This document shows positions 51,533 to 60,494 of a stretch of DNA of 64,000 nucleotides, piece after piece. Position numbers and translations under genes: made by a program. Below the pieces are notes generated by a model. It did no database searches. It was not told where the DNA came from and saw only the letters and a program-made list of their open reading frames with translations. Within the stretch, counting starts at the first letter, position 1; each line of letters starts with the position of its first letter. The stretch is taken from the NCBI GenBank assembly GCA_963822585.1, contig CAWGIE010000007.1, forward strand, positions 32,001 to 96,000, read 5' to 3'. The DNA is from an uncultured bacterium (GTDB lineage Bacteria > Auribacterota > Erginobacteria > Erginobacterales > Erginobacteraceae).

Positions 51533-51994
51533 CTATTCCCGCCCGCCCGGTTTCGGCCGCCACTCTTTCTCGGCCGTCCACCCGTTGGACGCGGAGCCGA
51601 TACTGTCAAACTTCGGTATGTACGGCTTGATATCCAGCAAAGGCGTCCCGTCGAGAATATCGAGGTTATCGACAATCAACACGTTCCCTTCCCGGCGCCG
51701 CAGCCGGACGATGGACAACCCGATTCCGTTCGGGCGGCAGGGGTGCCGCGAAGCGTAGATGCCGTGCGGATTGTCATCAAGAAAGGTAGGTCTCTCCAAG
51801 GCGATCTCACCGGCCCGGTCAAACAGGTAGAGCAGATAGAGGTGAGAAAAGGTTTCGATATCCTTGAGTCCGGCGGCGTATTCTTCAAATACCTCGACCG
51901 TGCCCTCAGCGCCCGCGGCAAAGACCGGCTGGATCGGGCACTCGCTCTTTGTCTGGTGCGGCGAATGAATAATTCCGATGGGATTAATTTCCAT
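51533..51994 (-). CDS. tsaA: tRNA m6t6A37 methyltransferase TrmO (TsaA)
   Basis: PIGII.SP, GIYASRHPCRPNGIGLS, DILDGTPLLDIKPY. Confidence 0.9.
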   Translation of the reverse strand: MEINPIGIIHSPHQTKSECPIQPVFAAGAEGTVEVFEEYAAGLKDIETFSHLYLLYLFDRAGEIALERPTFLDDNPHGIYASRHPCRPNGIGLSIVRLRRREGNVLIVDNLDILDGTPLLDIKPYIPKFDSIGSASNGWTAEKEWRPKPGGRE

Positions 51995-52037
51995 GATGGT
52001 TATCCAATACGGGCGAATAAAAAAATCATCAAGGCTC

Positions 52038-52083
52038 TCTGCCGCGTGGCAGACAAAAGTTGGGTGGAGCAGCTTGATATCTG
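52038..52083 (-). other. Truncated attC remnant
   Basis: CAGATATC..CTCCACCCAACTTTTGTCTGCC resembles half of attC 56991-57061. Confidence 0.5.
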
Positions 52084-52371
52084 CTGATTGTGCGGAATAA
52101 ACCTAAATTTTTGTCACTTCGGGCCAATACCCTGAAAGGGTATAACATTTCAGCCCGGGGTTTCACCCCGGGAATTCGTTCCACGCATCCCCCTCCCCCC
52201 GCACGGAGTGTGGGGGAAGGTCGAAGATCCGGCAGTATTGACGGAGGTTAGGGGATGGGGGTTTTCATATATGGTACCCAGGGTAGCTTGCCCTGAGCGG
52301 AGTCGAAGGGTAACCCTGGGCTTTCATGTTTAACCCCTTTGGGGTTTTCCGCCTCCTGTTCGCCCTCTCGC

Positions 52372-52440
52372 ACATATCGCCAAGCTCACTCGCCAGGGCC
52401 CGCAGCGCGGGCCATGGTCGAGTGGAGCACCTGGTTATCT
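52372..52440 (-). other. attC site
   Basis: R'' AGATAAC, GGCCCGCG/CGGGCC stem, R' GATATGT. Confidence 0.8.
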
Positions 52441-52696
52441 ATCGATAAATCTCTCGTCTATGGCCCACCTTCACCACCCAGACAGTAAGCTTCTCGTCTT
52501 GGATGGAATAGATGATTCGGAATTTCCCCTGTCTAATGCGGTATCTCTCTTGGCCGGATAACTTCTCGCATCCATGAGGCCGTGGATTGACTGAGAGATT
52601 TTTTATACGCTGAATGATTCTTTTAAGATCTTTTTTGGGAATAGGAGATAAGTCCTTCTTAACCGAACGTCGAAGATATATTTTATATTCTGCCAT
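52439..52696 (-). CDS. RelE family toxin (cassette)
   Basis: NPRPHGCEKLSG..YRIRQG.FRIIY..VGHRREIY. Confidence 0.9.
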   Translation of the reverse strand: MAEYKIYLRRSVKKDLSPIPKKDLKRIIQRIKNLSVNPRPHGCEKLSGQERYRIRQGKFRIIYSIQDEKLTVWVVKVGHRREIYR

Positions 52697-52916
52697 CGTG
52701 CTTGAGCTCTTTTAAGAAGGATTCGAATGAAATAAGGGGTTCTTTGGCCCGTTCCTCGAACACGGACAGGTCCTCGGCATCTTCGGCCAGTGATTGCTGT
52801 AAAGATTTGTTAATTAGTGCCGACATTGATTGAGAAGTTTCGGCGGCTTTAATCCGCAATGCCCTATGCAATTGTGGCTCTAAATATACCGTTGCTCTGT
52901 TTGTTAACGTACTCAC
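52683..52916 (-). CDS. CopG/RHH antitoxin (cassette)
   Basis: RATVYLEPQLHRALRIKAA; own TTGACG-N17-TATAAC promoter upstream. Confidence 0.85.
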   Translation of the reverse strand: MSTLTNRATVYLEPQLHRALRIKAAETSQSMSALINKSLQQSLAEDAEDLSVFEERAKEPLISFESFLKELKHDGRI

Positions 52917-53022
52917 TGGTTCACCTCCATATTTAGCAATATAATGCGATCTTATAACAACGTTATAGCATTATAACGTCATGACGTCAAGTGAGGGATT
53001 GCTTTGAATTTTATGGGAGATA

Positions 53023-53131
53023 CTCGGGATAGGGAGAGCCCTCACGGACTCTCTCCTCTCACACCACCGGGCTTACGGATCACGTACCACGGCGGTTCCG
53101 TTACACGTTCACATGAAGCAGGGGTAACCCC
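53023..53131 (-). mobile_element. Group IIC intron 3' remnant (domains V-VI)
   Basis: GAACCGCCGTG..ATCCGTAAGCCCGGTGGTGTG..CCCTATCCCGAG; near-identical to 59725-59832. Confidence 0.8.
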
Positions 53132-53161
53132 AGTCCGACGAAATAGCGAGTTGGAAGCCGA

Positions 53162-53278
53162 TTATTTTCTAAAAAGGTCGCTATGGGAACCTGTGCGTTC
53201 GAGACGAAGAGAATGGTGGTCGACTGAATAAATCAGGATCCAGTCCGGTTCAATATGGCAGTCGCGGCAGTGACTCCA
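53162..53278 (-). pseudogene. YafQ-family toxin C-terminal fragment
   Basis: WSHCRDCHIEPDWILIY..LRLERTGSHSDLFRK*. Confidence 0.8.
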
Positions 53279-53346
53279 AGAAGGCCACCAACGAGAAATC
53301 CAAGAACTACGGGGATAGCTTTTTTTATCCTGATTTTCCTCTACAG

Positions 53347-53415
53347 TTACAACGCCGAGCTCACTCGCCAGGGCCCGCAGAGCGGGCCATGGTTGAGTGA
53401 AGCGGCTGGTTATAA
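53347..53415 (-). other. attC site
   Basis: R'' TTATAAC, R' GTTGTAA; same family as 52372-52440. Confidence 0.85.
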
Positions 53416-53931
53416 TCAGATACTATCTTCCAAGATATGTCTGAATTGTTCCTTCAGATCCTCAAAGACGTGAAAAACGATCGGACAGATGAAACAATTT
53501 TCAATAGCCTGGATAGTTTTAAAAATGAATTCGCCTTTATCAAGATGAGGATAGGAACGGCAATCATCCGGCCTGTCTTCGTAAATCTGACATTTATTAT
53601 TACTAAGAAAGGGGCATGGTTGTTTGTTAAATATTAAATCTCCATCATCATCGACGGAGAGATATTTATTTTGCACCTCTGATGGCGCAATATTTAAAGT
53701 TTTTGCAATCCTTGTAACATCATCGGGTTTTAAAATCGGCGTAATCTCCCGGCAGCAATTCCCACATTGTGTACAATCGATTTCACTGGAATATCTTTGA
53801 AAAAGAAGAAATACTTCCTGGTCGATTTCTTCACTTGGTATATCGGTTGCTTTTAAGGCCGTACGAAAAGCCCAGTTTTCATCATCTCGTTCTTCGGCGA
53901 GTCGTTTGATTTTTTCAAGATCTGGTTTCAT
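53416..53931 (-). CDS. YkgJ-family cysteine cluster protein (cassette)
   Basis: CTQCGNCC, CPFL..CQIYEDRPDDCRSYP. Confidence 0.85.
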   Translation of the reverse strand: MKPDLEKIKRLAEERDDENWAFRTALKATDIPSEEIDQEVFLLFQRYSSEIDCTQCGNCCREITPILKPDDVTRIAKTLNIAPSEVQNKYLSVDDDGDLIFNKQPCPFLSNNKCQIYEDRPDDCRSYPHLDKGEFIFKTIQAIENCFICPIVFHVFEDLKEQFRHILEDSI

Positions 53932-53936
53932 TAGGG

Positions 53937-54065
53937 TTATAAGGAGAAGCTAAGGGACCGGAAGGGACAGACTAAGAAACATTGCTTACCCGGAAAACCA
54001 TGGTGAACTAAAAACGTTTGATAGCTGGATCAGTCCTTCCGGTCTGCTTGAGAGACAGGTTATCC
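53937..54065 (-). other. attC site with mutated core (CTT)
   Basis: CCGGAAGG/CCTTCCGG family; R'' GGATAAC; R' reads CTTATAA. Confidence 0.8.
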
Positions 54066-54398
54066 CCCGATGATCTCATTTAGGCCTTCGATTATGAGAG
54101 CAAGTTCCTCAGGGGAAGCTTTTCCGATTCTCTTTCCGAGGCGTTGAATCGAGAGCGTCCGGATCTGACTTATCTTGACCCATGACTTTTTAGGCAGCTT
54201 GGCACTTGAGAGTTGAAGTGTTAGAGGAAATCCTGCGCGCTGGGTCTGACTTGTGAGTGCCATGGCAATTACTGTTCCCGAACGTTCATTGAAAACGTCA
54301 TGACTGAGAATGAGTACCGGGCGCATACCGGCCTGCTCATGTCCTCTGACCGGGTTTAGATCGGCCCAGATTATATCTCCCCTTAATATTCTGGCCAT
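54060..54398 (-). CDS. mazF: MazF/PemK family toxin (cassette)
   Basis: [32 protein letters not shown]. Confidence 0.9.
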   Translation of the reverse strand: MARILRGDIIWADLNPVRGHEQAGMRPVLILSHDVFNERSGTVIAMALTSQTQRAGFPLTLQLSSAKLPKKSWVKISQIRTLSIQRLGKRIGKASPEELALIIEGLNEIIGG

Positions 54399-54625
54399 TG
54401 TTTAATCTCCGCTGAAAGGCCTTCTTCCGCCATGGCTTGCTCAAAGTTTGGATTCAGCTTTGAGCATTCTTTCGCGAGACGATTTCGATTTATTCTTGAG
54501 AGTTTATCCTTCACCGCTTCTTGGATGGCCTTGCTCCGGTTTGGGAAAACATGGGATGAGACTAACCTGTCTAATTGGTTCAAAATATTCTTTTCGATTG
54601 AGATGGCTACTTTTGCTGTGCTCAT
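54383..54625 (-). CDS. RHH antitoxin (cassette)
   Basis: [21 protein letters not shown]; overlaps toxin start. Confidence 0.85.
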   Translation of the reverse strand: MSTAKVAISIEKNILNQLDRLVSSHVFPNRSKAIQEAVKDKLSRINRNRLAKECSKLNPNFEQAMAEEGLSAEIKQWPEY

Positions 54626-54715
54626 GATTCACCTCCAGTATTACAATACATCATACCTGATAATTATGCAAGTTCTATAGCTAAATTATTTGGGTTAAAT
54701 ATTTTTGGGGGATAA

Positions 54716-54830
54716 CGGGAGAGCGAAGCTCAGCTCCCCGATAAGCGGCGAAGGTTTAAAATGCCACCGTTTGCCAACCCGATTTATCTTTGTCTTTCTT
54801 TTCTTCTTCCGCGGCGCGTTCGCCGCTTAT
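54716..54830 (-). repeat. Gene-less cassette, short form (115 bp)
   Basis: Matches the right half of the 217-bp repeat; lies exactly at an attC core. Confidence 0.85.
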
Positions 54831-54953
54831 CGTAGAGCTAAGCTGCCGGAAGGGGCCTACCAAAAAACCATGCTACCCCGGAAAACACCGGCGAAGAAAA
54901 AACGTTCGATAGCTGCATTAGCCCTTCCGGTCTGCTTAAGCGCCTGGTTCGGC
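54825..54953 (-). other. attC site
   Basis: CCGGAAGG family; R'' GCCGAAC; R' GATAAGC. Confidence 0.85.
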
Positions 54954-55181
54954 CTTCTCTCTTTTTTCTTTTTTCTGCTGTTTATGTGGCTTATAGATGT
55001 TGTAATACGCCCAATGCTGAAGAAAGGCAGCAAGGATAATGCCTGCGATGACCGCACCTTTGATGGCTGGTACCGTTTCTTGATTGTCAAAACCACCAAA
55101 AAAGAAAAGACCGAACACGGCCATCCACAATAATAGATTGAGTTCTATGGCCCAAAACAAGGCAATGGATCTGGTCTTCAT
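54936..55181 (-). CDS. Small two-TM hypothetical protein (cassette)
   Basis: 81-aa ORF with AGGGG RBS between core site and attC. Confidence 0.65.
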   Translation of the reverse strand: MKTRSIALFWAIELNLLLWMAVFGLFFFGGFDNQETVPAIKGAVIAGIILAAFLQHWAYYNIYKPHKQQKKEKREKAEPGA

Positions 55182-55213
55182 TATTTATTCCCCTTTAAAT
55201 CATTAAGACCGAA

Positions 55214-55430
55214 CGGGGAGCTGAGTTGCCCGCCGTGAGGGGACGCGGAGCGGACCCTTCAGGCGGGACAACTCGAGCGGGTGGATAGGCGGCAGCGCCG
55301 CCTGTCCACCCGGGAGAGCGAAGCTCAGCTCCCCGATAAGCGGCGAAGGTTTAAAATTCCACCGTTTGCCAACCCGATTTATCTTTGTCTTTCTTTTCTT
55401 TTTTTCTTCCACGGCGCGTTCGCCGCTTAT
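55214..55430 (-). repeat. Gene-less cassette copy (217 bp)
   Basis: CGGGGAGCTGAGTTGCCCGCC...TTCGCCGCTTAT; contains its own attC. Confidence 0.9.
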
Positions 55431-55482
55431 CGATCAAGCTCTGCGGCGGCTGTAAGCCGTACGCAGCAGCGCCATGTTCGAC
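55425..55482 (-). other. attC site (short) of the vapBC cassette
   Basis: R'' GTCGAAC complements cassette core GTTCGAC at 56190-56196. Confidence 0.8.
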
Positions 55483-55545
55483 AATTTCATATTGCTCCGC
55501 TCACAGGTGTGTGGTATATATCATGATAGATACTGGAGGTGAGAT

Positions 55546-55773
55546 ATGCAAACAGCAAAGTTGTTTGAGAATGGCCGCAGCCAAGCGGTGCGGCTTCCCA
55601 AGGAATGCCGGTTCAGCGGGAACGAGGTATTCGTGCGCAAGTACGAGGACATCGTTATTCTTTTCCCGAAGCGAAGCCCCTGGGCTCCGCTCGTGAACAG
55701 CTTGGATAAGTTCACGGATGATTTCATGGCGGAGCGCAACCAGCCTGAACAACAAGAGAGAAAGGGGCTGTGA
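55546..55773 (+). CDS. vapB: VapB antitoxin (AbrB/MazE fold), inverted within cassette
   Basis: TAKLFENGRSQAVRLPKECRF. Confidence 0.92.
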   Translation: MQTAKLFENGRSQAVRLPKECRFSGNEVFVRKYEDIVILFPKRSPWAPLVNSLDKFTDDFMAERNQPEQQERKGL

Positions 55774-56174
55774 TGCGCTTCATGCTCGACACGAACACGT
55801 GTATTGAGCTCATCCGCAACCGAGACGAGCGGGTGCTGCGGCGCATGAAGCGCCGCAGCACCGATGAGATTTGTGTTTCCTCTGTTACGCTTAGCGAGTT
55901 GGAGTACGGCGTGGCAAAGAGCACGAATCCGGAGAAGAACCGACTGGCGCTGGCTGAATTCATGACGCCGCTCACCGTTGCTCCGTACGACGACGCGGTC
56001 GCGCCAGTGTACGGACGTATTCGAGCGGAGTTGGAGCAAGCGGGCACCCCCATTGGTTCTTTGGACACAATGATCGCCGCGCACGCGTTGTCCCTGGGGC
56101 TGGCTGTCGTGACCGGCAACGAGCGCGAATTCCGCCGGGTGCCGGGGCTGAAAGTTCAGAACTGGGCGAAGTAG
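55770..56174 (+). CDS. vapC: VapC PIN-domain toxin
   Basis: MLDTNTCI, SELEYG, GTPIGSLDTMIAAHA, N.REF.RVPGL. Confidence 0.93.
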   Translation: MMRFMLDTNTCIELIRNRDERVLRRMKRRSTDEICVSSVTLSELEYGVAKSTNPEKNRLALAEFMTPLTVAPYDDAVAPVYGRIRAELEQAGTPIGSLDTMIAAHALSLGLAVVTGNEREFRRVPGLKVQNWAK

Positions 56175-56189
56175 TCTCATCTTCCTCTT

Positions 56190-56259
56190 GTCGAACGTCT
56201 CGCCTCAGCCTCGAGGCTGCCGCCCCGGCAGCCGAGTAGGCTGAAGGCGCTGGTTCGGC
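56190..56259 (-). other. attC site
   Basis: R'' GCCGAAC, TCGGCTGCC/GGCAGCC stem, R' GTTCGAC. Confidence 0.85.
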
Positions 56260-56771
56260 ATGTTCTTCCTGTTTCTCTCCATGATACGGCGATGAAACTC
56301 GTCGATGTTTTCCGAGTGTTGAACAATGTCCAGAAGCTCCTCGATGGAGATCTTGGACAATCGGTAGTGCAACGCCGCGCTTGTGCTGCCTCCGAGGAAG
56401 ATCGCGGAGTAGCAGTCCTCTGGCGCGCTGTCTTCTTCCAGTCCCCAAATCATGACGTAGCACAGGGAGGGGCAGGCGGGTAATGATGTCAGGAGTGTTT
56501 GCCTCACAGCTTCCAGCGGGACACTCTTTCCTATCCAGATGCCTTGGGGGGTATTTGTTTCTTTGCCTGTCAGGGCAAAGTCGTCGATGTTTGCCTCAAT
56601 TCCCTTCTGGCGCAGAGCTGTCACGATGTTCGTGGCATTGTCCATCCTTATGCTGACTTCAACACGGCACCGGAGGGGATTAGTTGCCTGTGCATAGCTG
56701 GTCGGTTGACTGCAGAGAAGCAATGGCAGGGATGCGATCAGGAAGGTGTTGCAGATGGTATTCATGTTCAT
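56205..56771 (-). CDS. Hypothetical exported protein (cassette)
   Basis: MNMNTICNTFLIASLPLLLC signal-like start right after the core site. Confidence 0.6.
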   Translation of the reverse strand: MNMNTICNTFLIASLPLLLCSQPTSYAQATNPLRCRVEVSIRMDNATNIVTALRQKGIEANIDDFALTGKETNTPQGIWIGKSVPLEAVRQTLLTSLPACPSLCYVMIWGLEEDSAPEDCYSAIFLGGSTSAALHYRLSKISIEELLDIVQHSENIDEFHRRIMERNRKNMPNQRLQPTRLPGRQPRG

Positions 56772-56779
56772 ATGCCGAA

Positions 56780-56995
56780 CGGGGAGCTGAGTTGCCCGCC
56801 GTGAGGGGACGCGGAGCGGACCCTTCAGGCGGGACAACTCGAGCGGGTGGATAGGCGGCAGCGCCGCCTGTTCACCCGGGAGAGCGAAGCTCAGCTCCCC
56901 GATAAGCGGCGAAGGTTTAAAATTCCACCGTTTGCCCACCCGATTTATCTTTGTCTTGCTTTTCTTTTTTTCTTCCGCGGCGCGTTCGCCGCTTA
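56780..56995 (-). repeat. Gene-less cassette copy (216 bp)
   Basis: Same repeat; one base shorter at the junction (G-TAAGC). Confidence 0.9.
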
Positions 56996-57061
56996 CGCCG
57001 AGCTCACCCGCTTTTACCCGCCGCATGGCGGGTAAAAGTCGGGTGGAGCAAGTGGTTAGAC
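56991..57061 (-). other. attC site
   Basis: R'' GTCTAAC; TTTTACCCGCC/GGCGGGTAAAA stem. Confidence 0.85.
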
Positions 57062-57077
57062 CTTGTTGTTTTATTCT

Positions 57078-57659
57078 TTAAAAATCGTCATCAAGAATTA
57101 TAGGGTTAAACATTATTGCGCAAATCTTCCATGCTTCAGACCATTCTGATTTCAAGCTGCCAAAAGTTAGAATAAATAAAGTGTCGGTTTTAGGATTGGC
57201 TATTGCATACACTCTTACCCGGTACTCATTTTCACTTCCTTCAATTTCGATAGGCTTAGTCACTTCACAAATGAAACGAACAAATGGTCCATAAGTATCA
57301 TTCCTCTCTACGATTACTTTTGTGGCTCCCTTAATATATTCTTGAATATAATGAGCACCATACACCAGTGCATTTACATTAGTCTTTTTCGAGACTTCCT
57401 GAATAACATTTATTGTCAATCCAGTTTTGCATGGTGTATTAAGGTCTACTTCATCTTTGCATATGCGGTATGCAATTGTATCCTCGCTCTCTAGTCCATT
57501 CACATACCAATCATTTGGTTTCAAAACAATTGCTTTTATTTCTTCTATTTCAACCCACTCAAATCCTTTTGGTGGTGGAGGAGGTTTAATTTTTTCTCCG
57601 GATTGGACTGTTCCTGAGAAACTAAATAATAAGATTACCAATAAGTATATAGCTTTCAT
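57078..57659 (-). CDS. Hypothetical exported protein (cassette)
   Basis: Signal peptide, poly-Pro, AT-rich. Confidence 0.7.
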   Translation of the reverse strand: MKAIYLLVILLFSFSGTVQSGEKIKPPPPPKGFEWVEIEEIKAIVLKPNDWYVNGLESEDTIAYRICKDEVDLNTPCKTGLTINVIQEVSKKTNVNALVYGAHYIQEYIKGATKVIVERNDTYGPFVRFICEVTKPIEIEGSENEYRVRVYAIANPKTDTLFILTFGSLKSEWSEAWKICAIMFNPIILDDDF

Positions 57660-57662
57660 AAG

Positions 57663-57791
57663 GTCTAACGTAAAGCTAAGCTGCCGGAAGGGGCTGACTG
57701 AAAAACTGTGCTACCCCGGAAAACTCTGGCGAACTAAAAACGTTTGATGGCTGGATCAGCCCTTCCGGTCTGCTTGAGCGATTGGTTGGGA
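57663..57791 (-). other. attC site
   Basis: CCGGAAGG family; R'' TCCCAAC; R' GTTAGAC. Confidence 0.88.
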
Positions 57792-58583
57792 TGATTTTTT
57801 CAGCAAATACTCTTTCGATGATTTTCGATAAATCAAATAAAACCATAAACCATGCCAGCCAAGAATGAAAATAACAACGATAAGCAAATTTACATTATTA
57901 GGTTTAATACTTAAATTCCCCGAAGCGAATCTAATAATAGAAAAAAGAGTAACAACTGAAATGGTCCAGAGTGCCATTTTCCTTGACCAAATTTTTTTTA
58001 ATAAAAGTCCGACGCCGGAGATAATAAATAGAATATTCAAGATGAGGTCTCGGGTATAGGTTATTAATATCTGAACGGCAACTTTTTTTGGCTTTATTAA
58101 ATAATATGAATAATAGGATTGGGATTGTCTGATATACATGACCAGCACAAGTATCCCAAATATTCCAGCAATTATTAGGTATATAGCAGCTATCTTCAAT
58201 CCCAGGTGAAATTTTATTAGTTTAGGTTTAGGTGGTTTTGTTGATTCGCTTTCGCTCCTTTTTCTGCACAGTGCAAGTATCGTGGTTATAGGAATCAGCA
58301 CTGTATGCACGATTGCCATTGGACCTACAACTTCCAAAAAGGTAAGCAACGGAATAAGAGCATTGAGATCCGGGTCGGACTTTGGCGGTGGGTGAATGGT
58401 ATACCATGCAAAAATACCGATTCCGGTGATCCCGGTCGCGGCGGCAGTCACCACCGACAACATTCCCATCAGACGTGCTCTTTGACTGCGCCATGCCCAT
58501 AGTCCTACCCACAATGCAATGATTACGGAAAGTGGCGAAATCCACGCTGACCACCCCAGCACAAACATCATCATATGTTTCAT
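57756..58583 (-). CDS. Hypothetical multi-TM protein (cassette)
   Basis: 275 aa, about 7 hydrophobic segments. Confidence 0.7.
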   Translation of the reverse strand: MKHMMMFVLGWSAWISPLSVIIALWVGLWAWRSQRARLMGMLSVVTAAATGITGIGIFAWYTIHPPPKSDPDLNALIPLLTFLEVVGPMAIVHTVLIPITTILALCRKRSESESTKPPKPKLIKFHLGLKIAAIYLIIAGIFGILVLVMYIRQSQSYYSYYLIKPKKVAVQILITYTRDLILNILFIISGVGLLLKKIWSRKMALWTISVVTLFSIIRFASGNLSIKPNNVNLLIVVIFILGWHGLWFYLIYRKSSKEYLLKKSSQPIAQADRKG

Positions 58584-58594
58584 TATATATTTAA

Positions 58595-58723
58595 TCCCAA
58601 CGTAGAGCTAAGCGGCCGGAAGGGGCCGACTAAAAAACCATTCTACCCCGAAAAACACTGAAAAAGATAATATGTTTGAAAGTAGCATCAGCCCTTCCGG
58701 TCTGCTTGAGCGAATGGTTAGCC
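58595..58723 (-). other. attC site
   Basis: CCGGAAGG family; R'' GGCTAAC; R' GTTGGGA. Confidence 0.88.
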
Positions 58724-58728
58724 CCTGT

Positions 58729-59120
58729 TTAGAAAAACCAGTTTTTCCTGAAGGTAGGTTTAGCTGTAATTTTGAAATTATCAGAGATGGTTATTGTAAC
58801 TAAATAGCCTCCTGAACTTTCTATGTAAGCTAAATCATCTTTCTCGAACTCGCGAAAATTTGCTTTAAACTTGATTTTTAAACCAGATTCACCAGGAGGG
58901 GTTACTTTGATTACGGTTGATGTTCTCGGCTCAAGAGATTTGATTTCTTTTGAAAACCCTAACCACTAACGATTAAGTTTTGGAGTACACTGTTGGAATT
59001 ATTGATTATCGTAATTTTTGGTGGACTTGAAAATTGGTAAAGCAAATAGCCGAAGTAGCAGGCAATCAATGTTGCAATGAGAAAAATACAAAGAAATGAA
59101 ATTTTAATCCATTTTTTCAT
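58729..59120 (-). pseudogene. Membrane-anchored cassette gene with 1-nt frameshift
   Basis: MKKWIKISF..LIVSG then stop near 58960; shifted frame GFSKEIK..KNWF F* fills the cassette. Confidence 0.7.
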
Positions 59121-59129
59121 TGCTGGGCT

Positions 59130-59539
59130 AACAGATATTAGGTTGAAGGTTTAATATTGGAAAAATGCAGAATGCCCCAATATTGTAATAGACAGAATGC
59201 CTTGGTTAGACCGACATATTCATCAATCGAATTGCTTTTAAGCAATGGTTCAAGTTAAAAGAACTACGGCATCAGAACATATTGATTATAAGAATAACGG
59301 AATCACAAGGATGTTAACGCATATTTTGACAATCGAGATGAGGAAATCCTTGGTTTTATTTGATGAAATCTCAAATTTCCCAAAGAGAAGCCGCCGCCTG
59401 CCGGATAAAAACCGGGTAAAGTGCCGATTGACCGGAAACATAATTGAACATATGTAAATCCGGCTTAATACCCTGAGCCGCCTCCGCCATAGCAGCGCAG
59501 CTGCGACGGCTGGAAAGGGTATAACATCTCAGCCCGGGG
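59130..59539 (-). other. attI-like leader, internal copy (410 bp)
   Basis: Near-identical to 63463-63872; ends CAACCTAATATCTG-TT at a cassette boundary with no attC fold. Confidence 0.6.
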
Positions 59540-59724
59540 GTTCACCCCGGAGATAATGTCGTCCGAAACACCCCCCATACATCCCCCTCCCCCCGCGCGG
59601 CGCGCGGGGGGAGGGGTTAGGGGAGGGGGGAATTTTGTATATATATTACCCAGGGTGTTACCCTGGGCTATGATGTTTAACCCCGTTGGGGTTTTTCTGC
59701 ATCCTGTTCGCCTTCTTTCATATA

Positions 59725-59971
59725 ATCGGGATAGGGAGAGCCCTCACGGGCTCTCTCTTCCCACACCACCGGGCATACGGATCACGAAACACGGCGGTTC
59801 CGTTACACGTTCACATGAAGCAGGGGCAACCCCCCTATTCCCTGTTTTGCGTTGGGCTTCCTTCAGACCCCGCCTCGCGGCGACGCCCTTGCCCTTTCGC
59901 TTGCCTTCGGCTTCTCCTATACCTGGCGCGGGGACTTTCACCCCGCAAGCTACGTGCCATGCCCGGCACAC
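59725..59971 (-). mobile_element. Internally deleted group IIC intron (247 nt) in an attC core
   Basis: 5' GTGTGCCGGGCATGG, DV GAACCGCCG..GGTGG, 3' CCCTATCCCGAT; flanks rejoin to GGCGT-TATATG. Confidence 0.85.
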
Positions 59972-60035
59972 ACGCCGAGCTCAGCTGCCGGAGCCCGCAC
60001 TGCGGGCTCCGGTCTGCTGGAGCGGGTGGTTGGGG
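59972..60035 (-). other. attC site interrupted at R' by the intron
   Basis: R'' CCCCAAC; CCGGAGCCCGCA/TGCGGGCTCCGG stem. Confidence 0.85.
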
Positions 60036-60484
60036 CCGATTGGGATTATGTCAGATTTTATATACTCAATGCGCATGTCCATGCCATTATCAATTTTATT
60101 TTTATCAATAACCATCCTGTATAATCCACCGACATTTCTGAGAGGATGATTTTCGGGTATTTTATATCCTATGATGCAAAATTTATTTAGGTAATCTTCT
60201 TCTGCAATATTGAATACCTTAAAATCTTCGGGAGAAATTACTTTAATGCATGCCATATCCAATCTAAAATGTTTTCGTTTGTTGTCTATCTTTGGCCCAA
60301 TCGCACTCACAAATTTTGGATAAAATTCCATTACTTCGAAATCTATAGTAAGTAAGTTTTCGATCCGAAAATCTGTTTCGCGATCGTTGTGTCTGGTCAA
60401 ATATTTATAAGTAAATAATGAAACAAAGATCGCAGCTATGATAATTAAAATGACAATTGAAAACTTTCTCAGACTAAGTTTCAT
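59981..60484 (-). CDS. Hypothetical N-anchored protein (cassette)
   Basis: N-terminal TM; ORF runs into its attC. Confidence 0.65.
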   Translation of the reverse strand: MKLSLRKFSIVILIIIAAIFVSLFTYKYLTRHNDRETDFRIENLLTIDFEVMEFYPKFVSAIGPKIDNKRKHFRLDMACIKVISPEDFKVFNIAEEDYLNKFCIIGYKIPENHPLRNVGGLYRMVIDKNKIDNGMDMRIEYIKSDIIPIGPNHPLQQTGARSAGSGS

Positions 60485-60494
60485 TTAGCCCCAA

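Noticed and set aside
55203..57026. Protein encoded by the 217-bp repeat (EEKKK..RATQLPVR or MDRRQRR..)
   Set aside because: No consistent start or RBS, and the pyrimidine tract varies in length between copies; treated as non-coding, though read-through cannot be excluded.
59245..59457. 70-aa ORF duplicated at 63578-63790 as a possible integrase fragment
   Set aside because: No tyrosine recombinase motifs and no clear RBS; likely incidental in the leader.
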